From positions 1 to 35,769 of the forward strand of contig JBIIBU010000001.1 of assembly GCA_044239235.1 (NCBI GenBank): a DNA stretch of 35,769 bases, in the 5' to 3' direction. This DNA is from Flavobacteriales bacterium (lineage in GTDB: Bacteria > Bacteroidota > Bacteroidia > Flavobacteriales_D > Sanyastnellaceae). The notes under the pieces are model-generated. The model had not been told where the DNA came from. It worked only from the letters and a program-made list of their open reading frames with translations, and searched no databases. Made by a program: the position numbers and the translations under genes. Below, piece after piece: positions 18,218 through 27,882 of this stretch; position 1 is the first letter of the stretch, and every line of letters starts with the position of its first letter.

Positions 18218-20955
18218 TGAAAAAAATTCTTGTCATTGCTTTTGCTCTAATTAGTCTAATGGGTTTTTCTCAGAATAATCTGAGCGGCACTGTAATCAAC
18301 GAATCAAACGAAACATTACCCTACGTTTCAGTTTCATTGCTTTCTCCGGTAGATTCAACCTTTCAATACTTCGCAATGAGCGATGAGAATGGTTACTTCA
18401 TAATCAAATCGGTGACGAATGGAGATTACTTGATTCAATGCGCTTTGACAAGTTATGAAACATACTATAAAGTTCTAAAAGTCACTGCAGAATCAGGCGA
18501 TAATCTTGGAGTTTTTCAATTAAAAAATCGCGCTTTCGATATGGATGTAGTCAATATCGAGGCTGAAGCCATTCCAATAAAAATGAATGGTGACACGCTC
18601 GAATACCGAGCAGATTCATTCAAGACACAACCCGATGCAAGCACTGAGGATTTATTAAAAAAATTACCTGGAGTGCAAGTCGACGACCAAGGCAATATAA
18701 AGGCACAAGGCCAAGACGTGCAAAAAGTATTAGTTGATGGCAAAGAATTTTTCAGCAGTGATCCTACAGTTGCCACAAAGAATATTCCCGCTGACGCTAT
18801 CGATAAAGTTCAAGTCTATGAAGGCCGGGGAGATCAAAGCGAATTAACTGGTGTGGATGATGGAACGCGAGAACAAACCATCAATCTCACTTTAAAAAAA
18901 GACAAAAAAAATGCATGGTTCGGCGACATAACAGCAGGTGCAGGAACAGACAGCAGATATAAAGGTTCCGCTAAAGCCTATCGCTTTGACCCTACCCATC
19001 AATTCGCAATGTTGGGTATGTTGAACAACGTAAATGAATTTGGATTCAGCATCAATGACTACGTGGATTTCCAAGGAGGAATGGGCAGTATGATGGGAGG
19101 AGGCTTTCGTTTAGGTAACGATACACCTATTAATTTCGGTCAAAAAATATACGGGTTGAACACGTCCGGTGCTGGTGGATTAAATTTCACTTATGAACCT
19201 GTAAAAAACAGACGTTTCAATTTCAGTTACATGGGAAATGGAGTTGATCAATTATTGAATGAAACAAGCGAAACTCAAAATTTCCTTGGAGAATCCTCAT
19301 TCAAACAAAACAATACTTCTTCGACAAACAAACAGAATTTCACCCATGCATTAAATTCTAATATTCGATTCAAGATTGATAGCACGCAAGTCATCACCTT
19401 TAAAGCAAGCGCATCCTACAACAGCGCAAACTCCTCTGGTAATTCAATCAGTAATCTATTGGAGAATGATGTTTTTCAAAAGTTGACACGAGATTCTAAA
19501 TCGTCGAGCAATCAGTTAAATGCATCCGGTGATATGAACTATTTCAAAACACTGAGCGGAAAATGGGATGTACTTAGATTTCAAGCAACCACAAATTACA
19601 ATGACGGTAGCGATGATAATGATTGGACAAACGAGCAGTATTTTTCTCAATTAGACAGCACTTATTTCATCAATCAATTTCAAAATAATCATGATAAAGC
19701 ATTGAATTATCAAGCGCTTGGGAATATCACGAGAAAAGTATTCAGGGACTTCCGTCTTTCTTATGAATTGAAAGGAAACTTGAATGTGGCCACGAAAGAT
19801 CGAACTCAAAACATGCAGATTTCTGGAGAAACAAATGATGTAGTGCTACAATATCCATTTGAAAGAACACTGCAGACAGTAGACCAAAAATTAAGTTTCT
19901 TCAAAAACAGCAAAGACAAACGATTCAACGTTAGTCTAACCTATTCATCAAATCGTTTGGAATCTTTTTCCAGCAATGATTCGCTCACACTTACAGGATC
20001 TAGAAATTTCAATTATTGGCTTCCACAAATTTCTTTCAATAATGAATACAAGACAGGAAGAAGAGTGAGTGCGCGGTATAGAAGTGGAATTACAGCTCCT
20101 TCCGCATCTCAACTATATAGTGCACTTGACAATTCAAATCCGCAGCAAGTATATCTTGGAAATAATATGCTCATACCTGAAGAAAACCATGAATTAGATT
20201 TTTCATGGATGATTTTCGATCAGTTTTCTTTCACGAATTTTTATATTGGCTTCTACTCTGAGTACATAAAAAATAAAATCATTTCTTCTCGTAGGTATGA
20301 CCAACAATTATCTCAAATCGTGCAGCCTATCAACAGTCCTCATTATTACTACAGTGAGCTAAGCTTAGATTTCTCAACACCCATTCGAAAACTTGGAACA
20401 AATATTCACATTGAGGCTTCCGGTGATATAACGAGATCAATGGTCTCTCTCAACAATCAATTAAGTTATTCTAATACTTACAAGCAAACCTATACCCTTA
20501 GTTTCGACAATAGAAAGAAGGAGATTATTGACGCAGAAATTGGAGGAAATATAGAATTGACGGACACGAAAAACAATACCTTGAACGGCTCCAACTCATT
20601 TATGAATTTAGCGTATTTCGGTTCATTGAGCTATAATCCTAGTGAACACTGGAGTATCAGCATCAAAGGAAACGTGAGTAATTATACTTCACAAAATTTC
20701 GGAGGAAGCATACAAGTACCTATGGTGCAAGGTTCCGCTTCGTACTATTTTGGGGCAGGAAATCGCTATGCATTGACGATGTATGCGTTTGACATCTTGG
20801 ATAGAAACACAGGTGTTTCAAGAACGAGTGAACTGAACTATTTAAGTCAATCAACAACTAACATTATTGGTCAGTATTTCATGCTTAGCTTCAAATACAG
20901 AATCAATAAATCAGGAGATGCGCCAGATGGCATGAGGATGAAAAGACATAGGTAG
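18217..20955 (+). CDS. Outer-membrane beta-barrel protein with N-terminal carboxypeptidase-regulatory-like domain and TonB-receptor plug-like region
   Basis: Signal peptide, then LSGTVINESNETLPYVSVSLL...GYFIIKSV (CarboxypepD_reg-like) and LLKKLPGVQVDDQGNIKAQGQDVQKVLVDGKEF (plug-like), followed by a long Asn/Ser/Tyr-rich barrel. The ATG at 18217 overlaps the upstream TGA (TGATG), whereas the ORF track starts at GTG 18214. Confidence 0.85.
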   Translation: MKKILVIAFALISLMGFSQNNLSGTVINESNETLPYVSVSLLSPVDSTFQYFAMSDENGYFIIKSVTNGDYLIQCALTSYETYYKVLKVTAESGDNLGVFQLKNRAFDMDVVNIEAEAIPIKMNGDTLEYRADSFKTQPDASTEDLLKKLPGVQVDDQGNIKAQGQDVQKVLVDGKEFFSSDPTVATKNIPADAIDKVQVYEGRGDQSELTGVDDGTREQTINLTLKKDKKNAWFGDITAGAGTDSRYKGSAKAYRFDPTHQFAMLGMLNNVNEFGFSINDYVDFQGGMGSMMGGGFRLGNDTPINFGQKIYGLNTSGAGGLNFTYEPVKNRRFNFSYMGNGVDQLLNETSETQNFLGESSFKQNNTSSTNKQNFTHALNSNIRFKIDSTQVITFKASASYNSANSSGNSISNLLENDVFQKLTRDSKSSSNQLNASGDMNYFKTLSGKWDVLRFQATTNYNDGSDDNDWTNEQYFSQLDSTYFINQFQNNHDKALNYQALGNITRKVFRDFRLSYELKGNLNVATKDRTQNMQISGETNDVVLQYPFERTLQTVDQKLSFFKNSKDKRFNVSLTYSSNRLESFSSNDSLTLTGSRNFNYWLPQISFNNEYKTGRRVSARYRSGITAPSASQLYSALDNSNPQQVYLGNNMLIPEENHELDFSWMIFDQFSFTNFYIGFYSEYIKNKIISSRRYDQQLSQIVQPINSPHYYYSELSLDFSTPIRKLGTNIHIEASGDITRSMVSLNNQLSYSNTYKQTYTLSFDNRKKEIIDAEIGGNIELTDTKNNTLNGSNSFMNLAYFGSLSYNPSEHWSISIKGNVSNYTSQNFGGSIQVPMVQGSASYYFGAGNRYALTMYAFDILDRNTGVSRTSELNYLSQSTTNIIGQYFMLSFKYRINKSGDAPDGMRMKRHR

Positions 20956-21122
20956 TGTGGTGGTGGGGTAGAGAGGTCGGTCGTTTAATATTAAGCTCTG
21001 GATGGTGTTAAAGAAACTCATGAGTTCTTGAGCCTGCGCTTTGGTGCGCTGAACGTTTGTATGGTCTCACCACATTAGGAATCGGATTTCTTTTTACCGG
21101 TATGGTCTTTTACATGGGTTGA

Positions 21123-23798
21123 TTACTCTTTTACCAATCGTATCATTTGTGCATCATTCGAAACAACGCGAACGAAATAAACACCATTAGCACAATCATT
21201 TATAGCACCAGATAAATCTGTCGACACAGAGGTTAAATCACCCTTTAACGTCGTAATCAACTTGCCATCTGGAGAAATCAATTCAATCTGAAAAGTTTGA
21301 TTAACATCAAAATTTCCATTCACAATAAGGTTTACATCACCTGATGTTGGATTAGGGTACAAACTGAATTGAGCAGTCGTCATTCCTTGCAAATTAACAA
21401 GGGTTGAATTGACCATTACACTTCCTTGACCGGTGATTTCGCCTAGGTTATCCAAACCATTATTGACAATAAGATTTCCTTGTAAAAAGATGTGTGCGTT
21501 TTCTTCGATTATTAGATTACTAATCTCTACGTCGCCATTGATAGCTGGTTGCGGAAAAGCAGTCCCAAGAATAATTACATCTTTCTCTTCAGTAGGTATT
21601 ACGCCATCTTCCCAGTTTTCGCCGCATCTCCAATCTGAATTTCCGCCATTTCCAGACCAAATAGAAACCTCATTAGTAGCCATTAATGAACTTGTAGAAA
21701 GGACTACCTGCGGAGCCGTGTATGTCACGTTTACATAGCAGTTCTGTGCTGGGTTGGACGACGAATTATTTCTCACTTTAATGGTAATCCAGCCGGTATA
21801 ATTTGGTGTATATAACCCCGTCAGCGTGCCTGTTCCTACTTTAGAAGACAACAATGTTCCTGCGTTATTATAAAGACCTACATACAGACTTTTTGTTGCG
21901 TTTGTTGGATACAAAATATACGTCACTTGTTTCCCTAATTCCACATAGATTTTACCTACCGTTCTAAAGTTTGTAGATGATGCAGGTATTGATCCTCCTT
22001 GTGTAAGAGAACTTGCATGTTTATCCCCAAGATCATTCGCCATTTCCCACTCTTGTGTTGTAGCGGTTGGTCGAGATGGAGTATATACTGCTCCATCCTT
22101 TCCTACGGGTGCCCAAACACTGTATCCATGTCGTCCTGCGATATTGAGCGAAGGATCAACAGGTGGTGTATTAATTTGAACCCAGCCATTCGCATCAACA
22201 GTCACGGTTGCAGTTCCATTTGCCCCTGAATAATCCTTAAGGACAGTGCCTGGCGTAAAGTTGGTGTAGATCCATTGGTTCTGCCAAGTATTCCAACTAT
22301 CTGTTATGCCAATAATTGCTTTACCAGCTCTTTCTATAATTAGATAATCAGCACTTGAATGAGGAACTTGATAAGCTCCTGATTTAAAATCTAGAGCTTG
22401 ATGACACCAAATCAAATTCTGCACATCTGAGCGGACTGGCAACTGAGTAGATGATTTTGGATCATGATTATATCGATTGCCATTTGTTCCAATATCAAAT
22501 AAATCTTCAAAGAAAATTTGAGGATTACCATCCATCGCAAAAATAACTGCATAGGCCGTTGACATGCGTGGTTCTGTTGGTGTTATATGGGGGGAAAGCT
22601 CATTCGATGAGTTCCAACCTGTATAGTTCCCGCTTGCGCTTAATGTTGGTCGAAACGTGTCATGATTATTTACAAAAGGTACTGTTCTATGTACGTATGT
22701 ATTCGTATTACTATAATAAGCCACACGTTCATTTTGCTGAGCTCCAGGAAGAGTTGACATATTGAAATTACCCATGCCCATTACCATTCCATATAGTCCT
22801 CCATTTGGATCAAATCCTCGCAAATTGAAATCAAATGTGCCCATCATTTTCTCACCGGTTGGAGCAGCAATTGAATTCACATAGTTGTCCAATTCAGTTT
22901 TACTTCCCACCCATTCACCAACGTTGAACATGGATTGATTTCCTTTAGCCCATGTAGGCAGAGTGTACTTTAAATTGTAACTATAATCTTCTTGAATATA
23001 AGTTGGAAAATGCTTTACGGCATCCCAGCGGAAGCCATCCACACCCGTTTGCTTTTTCATCCAAGTAATCCAATTTCGACCGCCATTGCGCATGTAATTT
23101 GAGGTTTGCGCAGGGTTGTGTCCGACTACATTTGAGCTTACTCCAAAAGAATTGCTTTCATAAGAGATGTCTGGGCCGAAATAAGCAGCACAAATATCTC
23201 CAGTGGTGCAATTGTTATTCGCATTGGGATAAAAATCTGTGTAGTTCTTTGGCCATCTTCCGTTTCGAGCCCAATAATTTGATTGTGTCTCGACAGTAGC
23301 ACTCGTATTATAACTTACATATCGAAAATTCTTATATCCACCGTTGGTAGCAACCGAATAACTATTCGGGTCGTAACCTCCAGCGCCATTGGCACTTCCA
23401 GCGCCATTGACGTGATTGAGAACAACATCTTGAATTACTTCTATTCCATTTGCATGCATTATTGCAATCATTCGGAGCAATTCATCTTTCGTTCCCATTC
23501 TAGTACGTGTATACCCTTTTTGGAATTTATCACCGAGATCATAATGATCAAATGGAGCGTATCCTACATAGTATGGACTTTCATTTTTGGGAGTTGGGGG
23601 AATCCATATAGCGTCAATACCCATTGACTTTAAACGAGGAGCTAATTCGGCCAAATAATTAGCCCATTGATCTGTATAGTTGCTGTTGTAATAGTCCCAC
23701 CAAAATGCTTGGAGCACCACTTTTTTCACAGTTGTTTGGCTTACAATATGCGTTGAAACGCCCAATACGAAAGCCAAAAGAATCGCTAATCTTCTCAT
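21123..23798 (-). CDS. GH13 alpha-amylase family glycoside hydrolase with T9SS C-terminal sorting domain
   Basis: All four GH13 conserved regions are present: DVVLNH, DGFRWDAVKH, VGEW and FVNNHD. There is an N-terminal signal peptide and a C-terminal LYPNPTSGDVNLIV... CTD. Confidence 0.9.
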   Translation of the reverse strand: MRRLAILLAFVLGVSTHIVSQTTVKKVVLQAFWWDYYNSNYTDQWANYLAELAPRLKSMGIDAIWIPPTPKNESPYYVGYAPFDHYDLGDKFQKGYTRTRMGTKDELLRMIAIMHANGIEVIQDVVLNHVNGAGSANGAGGYDPNSYSVATNGGYKNFRYVSYNTSATVETQSNYWARNGRWPKNYTDFYPNANNNCTTGDICAAYFGPDISYESNSFGVSSNVVGHNPAQTSNYMRNGGRNWITWMKKQTGVDGFRWDAVKHFPTYIQEDYSYNLKYTLPTWAKGNQSMFNVGEWVGSKTELDNYVNSIAAPTGEKMMGTFDFNLRGFDPNGGLYGMVMGMGNFNMSTLPGAQQNERVAYYSNTNTYVHRTVPFVNNHDTFRPTLSASGNYTGWNSSNELSPHITPTEPRMSTAYAVIFAMDGNPQIFFEDLFDIGTNGNRYNHDPKSSTQLPVRSDVQNLIWCHQALDFKSGAYQVPHSSADYLIIERAGKAIIGITDSWNTWQNQWIYTNFTPGTVLKDYSGANGTATVTVDANGWVQINTPPVDPSLNIAGRHGYSVWAPVGKDGAVYTPSRPTATTQEWEMANDLGDKHASSLTQGGSIPASSTNFRTVGKIYVELGKQVTYILYPTNATKSLYVGLYNNAGTLLSSKVGTGTLTGLYTPNYTGWITIKVRNNSSSNPAQNCYVNVTYTAPQVVLSTSSLMATNEVSIWSGNGGNSDWRCGENWEDGVIPTEEKDVIILGTAFPQPAINGDVEISNLIIEENAHIFLQGNLIVNNGLDNLGEITGQGSVMVNSTLVNLQGMTTAQFSLYPNPTSGDVNLIVNGNFDVNQTFQIELISPDGKLITTLKGDLTSVSTDLSGAINDCANGVYFVRVVSNDAQMIRLVKE

Positions 23799-23852
23799 TC
23801 CAATAAGGTTAAGGTAGGCGCAAGATAGAAAAAAAGAAGAAGACCTTCGAAT

Positions 23853-24239
23853 CTATTTATTCGTGAGCAATTTAGTGATCACTGCTTCATTTAATGGTTT
23901 GTCCTGAAATCCAATAACCATCGGATAAGAATGTGCTTTTTGAACATCGGCATCATTCAATGTAGAGCTAACAAAAAACACTTTTAATTTTTCTCTAATT
24001 TCTTGACTCAATTGCGAAGTGGAATCAAGAAATTCAAATCCATTCATCTCTGGCATATTAATATCAAGAAAGATAAAATCAGGAAATGAATCTCCACAAT
24101 TTGCCAAATAGTCTAAAGCTTTAGGGCATGAATTGTGCACAACAACTTCTATATCGCTATCCACATTTTCAATAATGCGCTTATGCACAAAATTGAAAAT
24201 ATCATCATCGTCTATTAGTAAAACTTTCATATCCCTCAT
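23853..24239 (-). CDS. Stand-alone response-regulator receiver protein (CheY-like, no output domain)
   Basis: 128 aa with the acidic pocket LLIDDDD, the phosphoacceptor region FLDINMP, and a conserved K in QDKP. The start overlaps the kinase stop by ATGA (24236-24239). Confidence 0.9.
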   Translation of the reverse strand: MRDMKVLLIDDDDIFNFVHKRIIENVDSDIEVVVHNSCPKALDYLANCGDSFPDFIFLDINMPEMNGFEFLDSTSQLSQEIREKLKVFFVSSTLNDADVQKAHSYPMVIGFQDKPLNEAVITKLLTNK

Positions 24240-26362
24240 CCGTGTTTATACGCTGGTAATGAAACCAACATGGTTGTTCCTACACCTTGTTCCGATTCAG
24301 CTTGAATAGTGCCATTCAGATTACTTACAACTTCTTTACAAATATAAAGACCTAAGCCTGTGCCTACACTAGTCGTAGTGCCTCTATAAAACATATCAAA
24401 CACCTTACTCAAACTAAGCTTTGAAATTCCCTCTCCGTTGTCACTGATTTCAAAATAAATAGTTTCAGCATCCCTATTCATAGTAAAATGCACATAAGGA
24501 TTTTCGATATTTTTCTTTCTATATTTAAATGCATTCCCCAAAAGATTTTTGAAAAGAACTTTGATTCGGGTTTTATCCGAAAAAATCAAAGTAGCGCAAT
24601 CGGCTACGATTTTAAATTCCAAGTCTTTTTCAGAAGAGAACCTCAAATCGGTATAAACTTCATTCACTATATCCAAAACATCGAACTCTTCATACTGAAT
24701 CGCCAATCTGCTATTTCTCGAGTATTCAAGAATTTCCTGAATTGTTTCATCCAATCTATTCACACTTCCTTCAGCAAGGTTGAGGTATTCTAGAATTTCT
24801 GCATCCAGTTTTTTACTTCCAAAAATCAAGGAGAATAACCCTTTTATAGCGAGGAGAGGTGAACGTAAGTCGTGTGATACACGGTAAACGAAATTGTCTA
24901 ATTCAGAGTTAATTTTCTTGAGCTCCTCATTTTTTCCTATGATGTCACTTTGCCAATTTCTCAAATCTGTAACATCCGTTGAGCTACCGATTAACCGCTG
25001 AAGCTTGCCATTCGCATCTCTTTCAGCAATTGTAAGACAACTCAAAATTCGCACTGCATCATCAGTTCTGCGGATGATTCTATATTCCATCTCTTCAAAC
25101 TCAGAAAGTCCATTAACAAGTTTCTCTGAGCTTTCTATGGCGAAACTTTTGTCCTCAGGATGAATAGCTTCTCGCCAAAGCATTGCAAAGTTCCTTGTCT
25201 CATCCTCTTCATTCAATCCATATTGAGCCCGCAGTACATCATTCCAAATCGCTTGATATGTTAAGGCGTCCCATTCCCAAATTCCAATATTCGCCTTTCT
25301 TGTTATCAATTCAAACTTTGAATTGACATGCATTAAATCTTCTTGGAAACGTTTTTCTTTAGTGATGTCTCTTTGAATAGCAATGAAATTTGCAAGCGCC
25401 CCTTTATCGTCGAGAATAGGAGTAATCTGAAGATTATTAAAATAAGTCGATCCTGATTTTGTAAAATTCTGGATGGTTACTTCTATTGGTTCATTTCTCC
25501 AAAGAGCTTCTCGGATTTGTGTTTGAGCATCTTGATCGACATCCGGTCTTTGAAGAAAATCTTTTGGTTTAAGCCCTATGACTTCATCGAATTCATACCC
25601 TGTTATAGTTGTAAAGGCGGCATTGACCCATTCTATTCTTCCTTGAGAATCAGTTATGACAACACCATTTCGAGTTTTCGTTGCAATCATTGAGAGCTTC
25701 TTCAACTCAAGTTCAGACTCCGAAATTTTGTTGATTTGATCTTGAATTCTCTCACTTTTTCTTCTATTCGAAACAATGCTTATCACCTGATTGATGAAGA
25801 CATTAAAAAATGTTTGATGTCTTTCTTCAATCGCCCCATATAAGGGTGCGCTAGGTTGGCTAATTAATCCCATCAAGGACATTACGTAGCCCGACTCTTC
25901 GTCATCGAATTGATAGCAGAGCCCGCTCGAAAATTTACTGAGAATATTATACCTACTGCGATCTATGTCTATAAAATTGATTACTGAATTGTGAGGTAGA
26001 ACTTCTCCTATTAATGAAATTTCCGCGCCGAGGATAGATAGTTGTTCCGGTTCTAATTCAAGTCCCTCGTGCACCAATTGAAAGCTCTGCTTCTGGTTTA
26101 TTCTCCTAATGTGAAATACTCCAGCCTCAACTTCGAATATATCTACTATAGCTTCTGCAATGCGCTTAAAAAACTCTTGTTCAGAGATTTCGTTAAGGGC
26201 TAACACATTAAAATTACTCAGCCGACGATACATGACTAGCTCATGATCCATACGATCTCTAGTATTGATCAACTGTTGTTCAACAAAAGAAAAACGAGTA
26301 ACTCGCAGTTGCAATTCTCGGTATTGCTGCAACAAAACCTCATATGATGGCGCAGTGCTCAT
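24236..26362 (-). CDS. Cytoplasmic PAS-domain sensor histidine kinase (N-terminal coiled-coil/GAF-like region, two PAS, HisKA, HATPase_c)
   Basis: No TM segment is present. PAS-like blocks are NGVVITDSQGRIEWVNAAFTTITGY and IGIWEWDALTYQAIWND. The H-box is VSHDLRSPL, and the ATP-binding boxes are LLGNAFKY, DNGEGI and GTGLGLYICK. Confidence 0.9.
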   Translation of the reverse strand: MSTAPSYEVLLQQYRELQLRVTRFSFVEQQLINTRDRMDHELVMYRRLSNFNVLALNEISEQEFFKRIAEAIVDIFEVEAGVFHIRRINQKQSFQLVHEGLELEPEQLSILGAEISLIGEVLPHNSVINFIDIDRSRYNILSKFSSGLCYQFDDEESGYVMSLMGLISQPSAPLYGAIEERHQTFFNVFINQVISIVSNRRKSERIQDQINKISESELELKKLSMIATKTRNGVVITDSQGRIEWVNAAFTTITGYEFDEVIGLKPKDFLQRPDVDQDAQTQIREALWRNEPIEVTIQNFTKSGSTYFNNLQITPILDDKGALANFIAIQRDITKEKRFQEDLMHVNSKFELITRKANIGIWEWDALTYQAIWNDVLRAQYGLNEEDETRNFAMLWREAIHPEDKSFAIESSEKLVNGLSEFEEMEYRIIRRTDDAVRILSCLTIAERDANGKLQRLIGSSTDVTDLRNWQSDIIGKNEELKKINSELDNFVYRVSHDLRSPLLAIKGLFSLIFGSKKLDAEILEYLNLAEGSVNRLDETIQEILEYSRNSRLAIQYEEFDVLDIVNEVYTDLRFSSEKDLEFKIVADCATLIFSDKTRIKVLFKNLLGNAFKYRKKNIENPYVHFTMNRDAETIYFEISDNGEGISKLSLSKVFDMFYRGTTTSVGTGLGLYICKEVVSNLNGTIQAESEQGVGTTMLVSLPAYKHG

Positions 26363-26368
26363 TCTGAC

Positions 26369-27553
26369 CTATCGATATATCACATAAAGCGCGGTAGTAT
26401 AATTATGATAAGTATTCTTACCACCAAGCCTAGCAAACTCACCAAATCCATACATACCCAACCAAGGAGGACATTCACCATTTGAATAAAATGGAAATTG
26501 CATTTTTCCTACCAATTCTTCTTTGATAATTCTATTGAAAAGGAATCTTCCACGAGCAAGACAGTCGGCATGAAATACAGCGACAGGTGTCCTTCCATTT
26601 GAACGGGAAACCATATCCTGCACCATTCTGTCCATTTCACTAAATATCAAATCTTCATCGCGCGTAGTGAGCCAAAGGTTAGTACCGACTGAACATTCGG
26701 TTGCGTAGTACATATCCGAACCTTCATGCTTTGTTACAACGCGAAGAATGTGGTCATTTCCATATTCCTTTGCTAATTCTGGAGACAATTTCTCGCCCAG
26801 AGCGCCTATTGGAATGGAGTCGCCACAAGTAGAATTTTGAGGTAAGCCTAATCGATTAAGATACTCTTCCCAAGCTGGCTTGCCATTTAGCTCATGTATA
26901 ATGTGTCCTGTAGATTTGGTAACAACTAGTGGTTCACCAACAGCCACAAATCCATGTGTAGCTTGTGTTTCAACAGATAATGATTTATCAGCAAATCCTA
27001 CTGCGTATGCACCGTGCTCCATAACTTTATCGTCAACCGCCTGAAAGCTTATATACCCTTTCATATTGTCAGAAGAGGTCGCTCCAAAAATGGTGACCTC
27101 TGGACCAAAAACAGATTCGAAGGCTTCGATGCATCTGTCATTTGCTATATCAATTCCAGATCCCAAAAAATAAATCATATTGATATCAGGAGAATCCTTT
27201 TTCATCGAGTTGGCCATCTCGAGACACTTTTCAAACGAATTATGTCCATATATTTCATCAACATGCGCTACGGCAAATTCCTTTCCCTTTATAGCCATCA
27301 TAGCTATATCTTTCATCGATTCACTTACGCCTTCGCGACCAACAACTCCGCAACACGAAGCCGCTAGCACCCGCGCCTTTGGGGCCATAAGTCGGGTTTG
27401 GTCTATAAGTTCAGAAAAATTATGTCCAATAGAAGCGTGTAAAATTATCAAGTCAGAATCAGAATAATCATCGCCCATCGCGATTTCCATACATTCCATA
27501 ACACCTCTTCGCGTATTGACCATACGTGTGCTTGCTGAAAAGAAGTTTAACAT
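26369..27553 (-). CDS. Stand-alone FIST (FIST_N + FIST_C) sensory-domain protein
   Basis: 394 aa and soluble. The C-terminal GMYGFGEFARLGG..YHNYT resembles the FIST_C terminal signature, from family recall. The gene ends 6 nt upstream of the kinase gene. Confidence 0.78.
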   Translation of the reverse strand: MLNFFSASTRMVNTRRGVMECMEIAMGDDYSDSDLIILHASIGHNFSELIDQTRLMAPKARVLAASCCGVVGREGVSESMKDIAMMAIKGKEFAVAHVDEIYGHNSFEKCLEMANSMKKDSPDINMIYFLGSGIDIANDRCIEAFESVFGPEVTIFGATSSDNMKGYISFQAVDDKVMEHGAYAVGFADKSLSVETQATHGFVAVGEPLVVTKSTGHIIHELNGKPAWEEYLNRLGLPQNSTCGDSIPIGALGEKLSPELAKEYGNDHILRVVTKHEGSDMYYATECSVGTNLWLTTRDEDLIFSEMDRMVQDMVSRSNGRTPVAVFHADCLARGRFLFNRIIKEELVGKMQFPFYSNGECPPWLGMYGFGEFARLGGKNTYHNYTTALYVIYR

Positions 27554-27704
27554 ATAATTAGAATTATTAAAGGTTAGAGAAATAACGAGTATTTAGTCTA
27601 CTCGTCTAGAATCAAATATAACTAAAACCCCCGTGTCATAAAGTGATAAAAATGAGACATGAAATGGAAAAAATTGAGCACAAACGAACTCAAGTGGAAA
27701 CAAT

Positions 27705-27770
27705 AACGACTGGTGAATGGTGACTAGTGACCGACGACCAATGACCGGTGACCAACGACTAGTGACTAAT
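27705..27770. repeat. Degenerate heptamer array of NNNYGAC words (left arm of the composite inverted repeat)
   Basis: aacgac|tggtga|atggtgac|tagtgac|cgacgac|caatgac|cggtgac|caacgac|tagtgac. Positions 27705-27738 match the reverse complement of 34263-34289 at 26/27 positions, apart from one 7-nt unit indel. The 13-mer gtgaccgacgacc is also found at 10716-10728. Confidence 0.9.
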
Positions 27771-27805
27771 TACTGAAAACTTCTTTTCGAATCAAATGAA
27801 AATCA

Positions 27806-27882
27806 TTTGAGTGCATTTTTTCATTTGGGTGCATTCGGGTGCACTTGGTTTAATTTGGGTGCACTTTTTAATCTGGGTGCAC
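27806..27882. repeat. Array of five TTTGGGTGCA(C/T)-type direct repeats (GTGCAC palindrome cores), ending at the FDH alpha stop codon
   Basis: gagtgca is at 27809 and gggtgca at 27827, 27837, 27857 and 27875, giving spacings of 18, 10, 20 and 18 nt. The 16-mer ttttcatttgggtgca (27818-27833) is the exact reverse complement of 34191-34206. Confidence 0.9.

Noticed and set aside
21011-21029. aagaaactcatgagttctt, a near-palindrome between the convergent OMP and amylase genes, considered as a terminator
   Set aside because: The stem is short and AT-rich with a bulge, and no U-tract follows on either strand. No convincing intrinsic terminator was found in this spacer.
23853-27553. Detocs-like or other two-component-derived phage-defence system
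   Set aside because: No effector domain (nucleosidase, nuclease or similar) is present on the receiver protein. The kinase has ordinary PAS/HisKA/HATPase architecture, so it is more simply read as a regulatory phosphorelay.
27652-27723. 23-codon ORF (MRHEMEKIEHKRTQVETITTGEW) in the FDH-FIST spacer
   Set aside because: It is very short, runs into the heptamer repeat, lies opposite to the flanking transcription direction, and has no recognisable start context.
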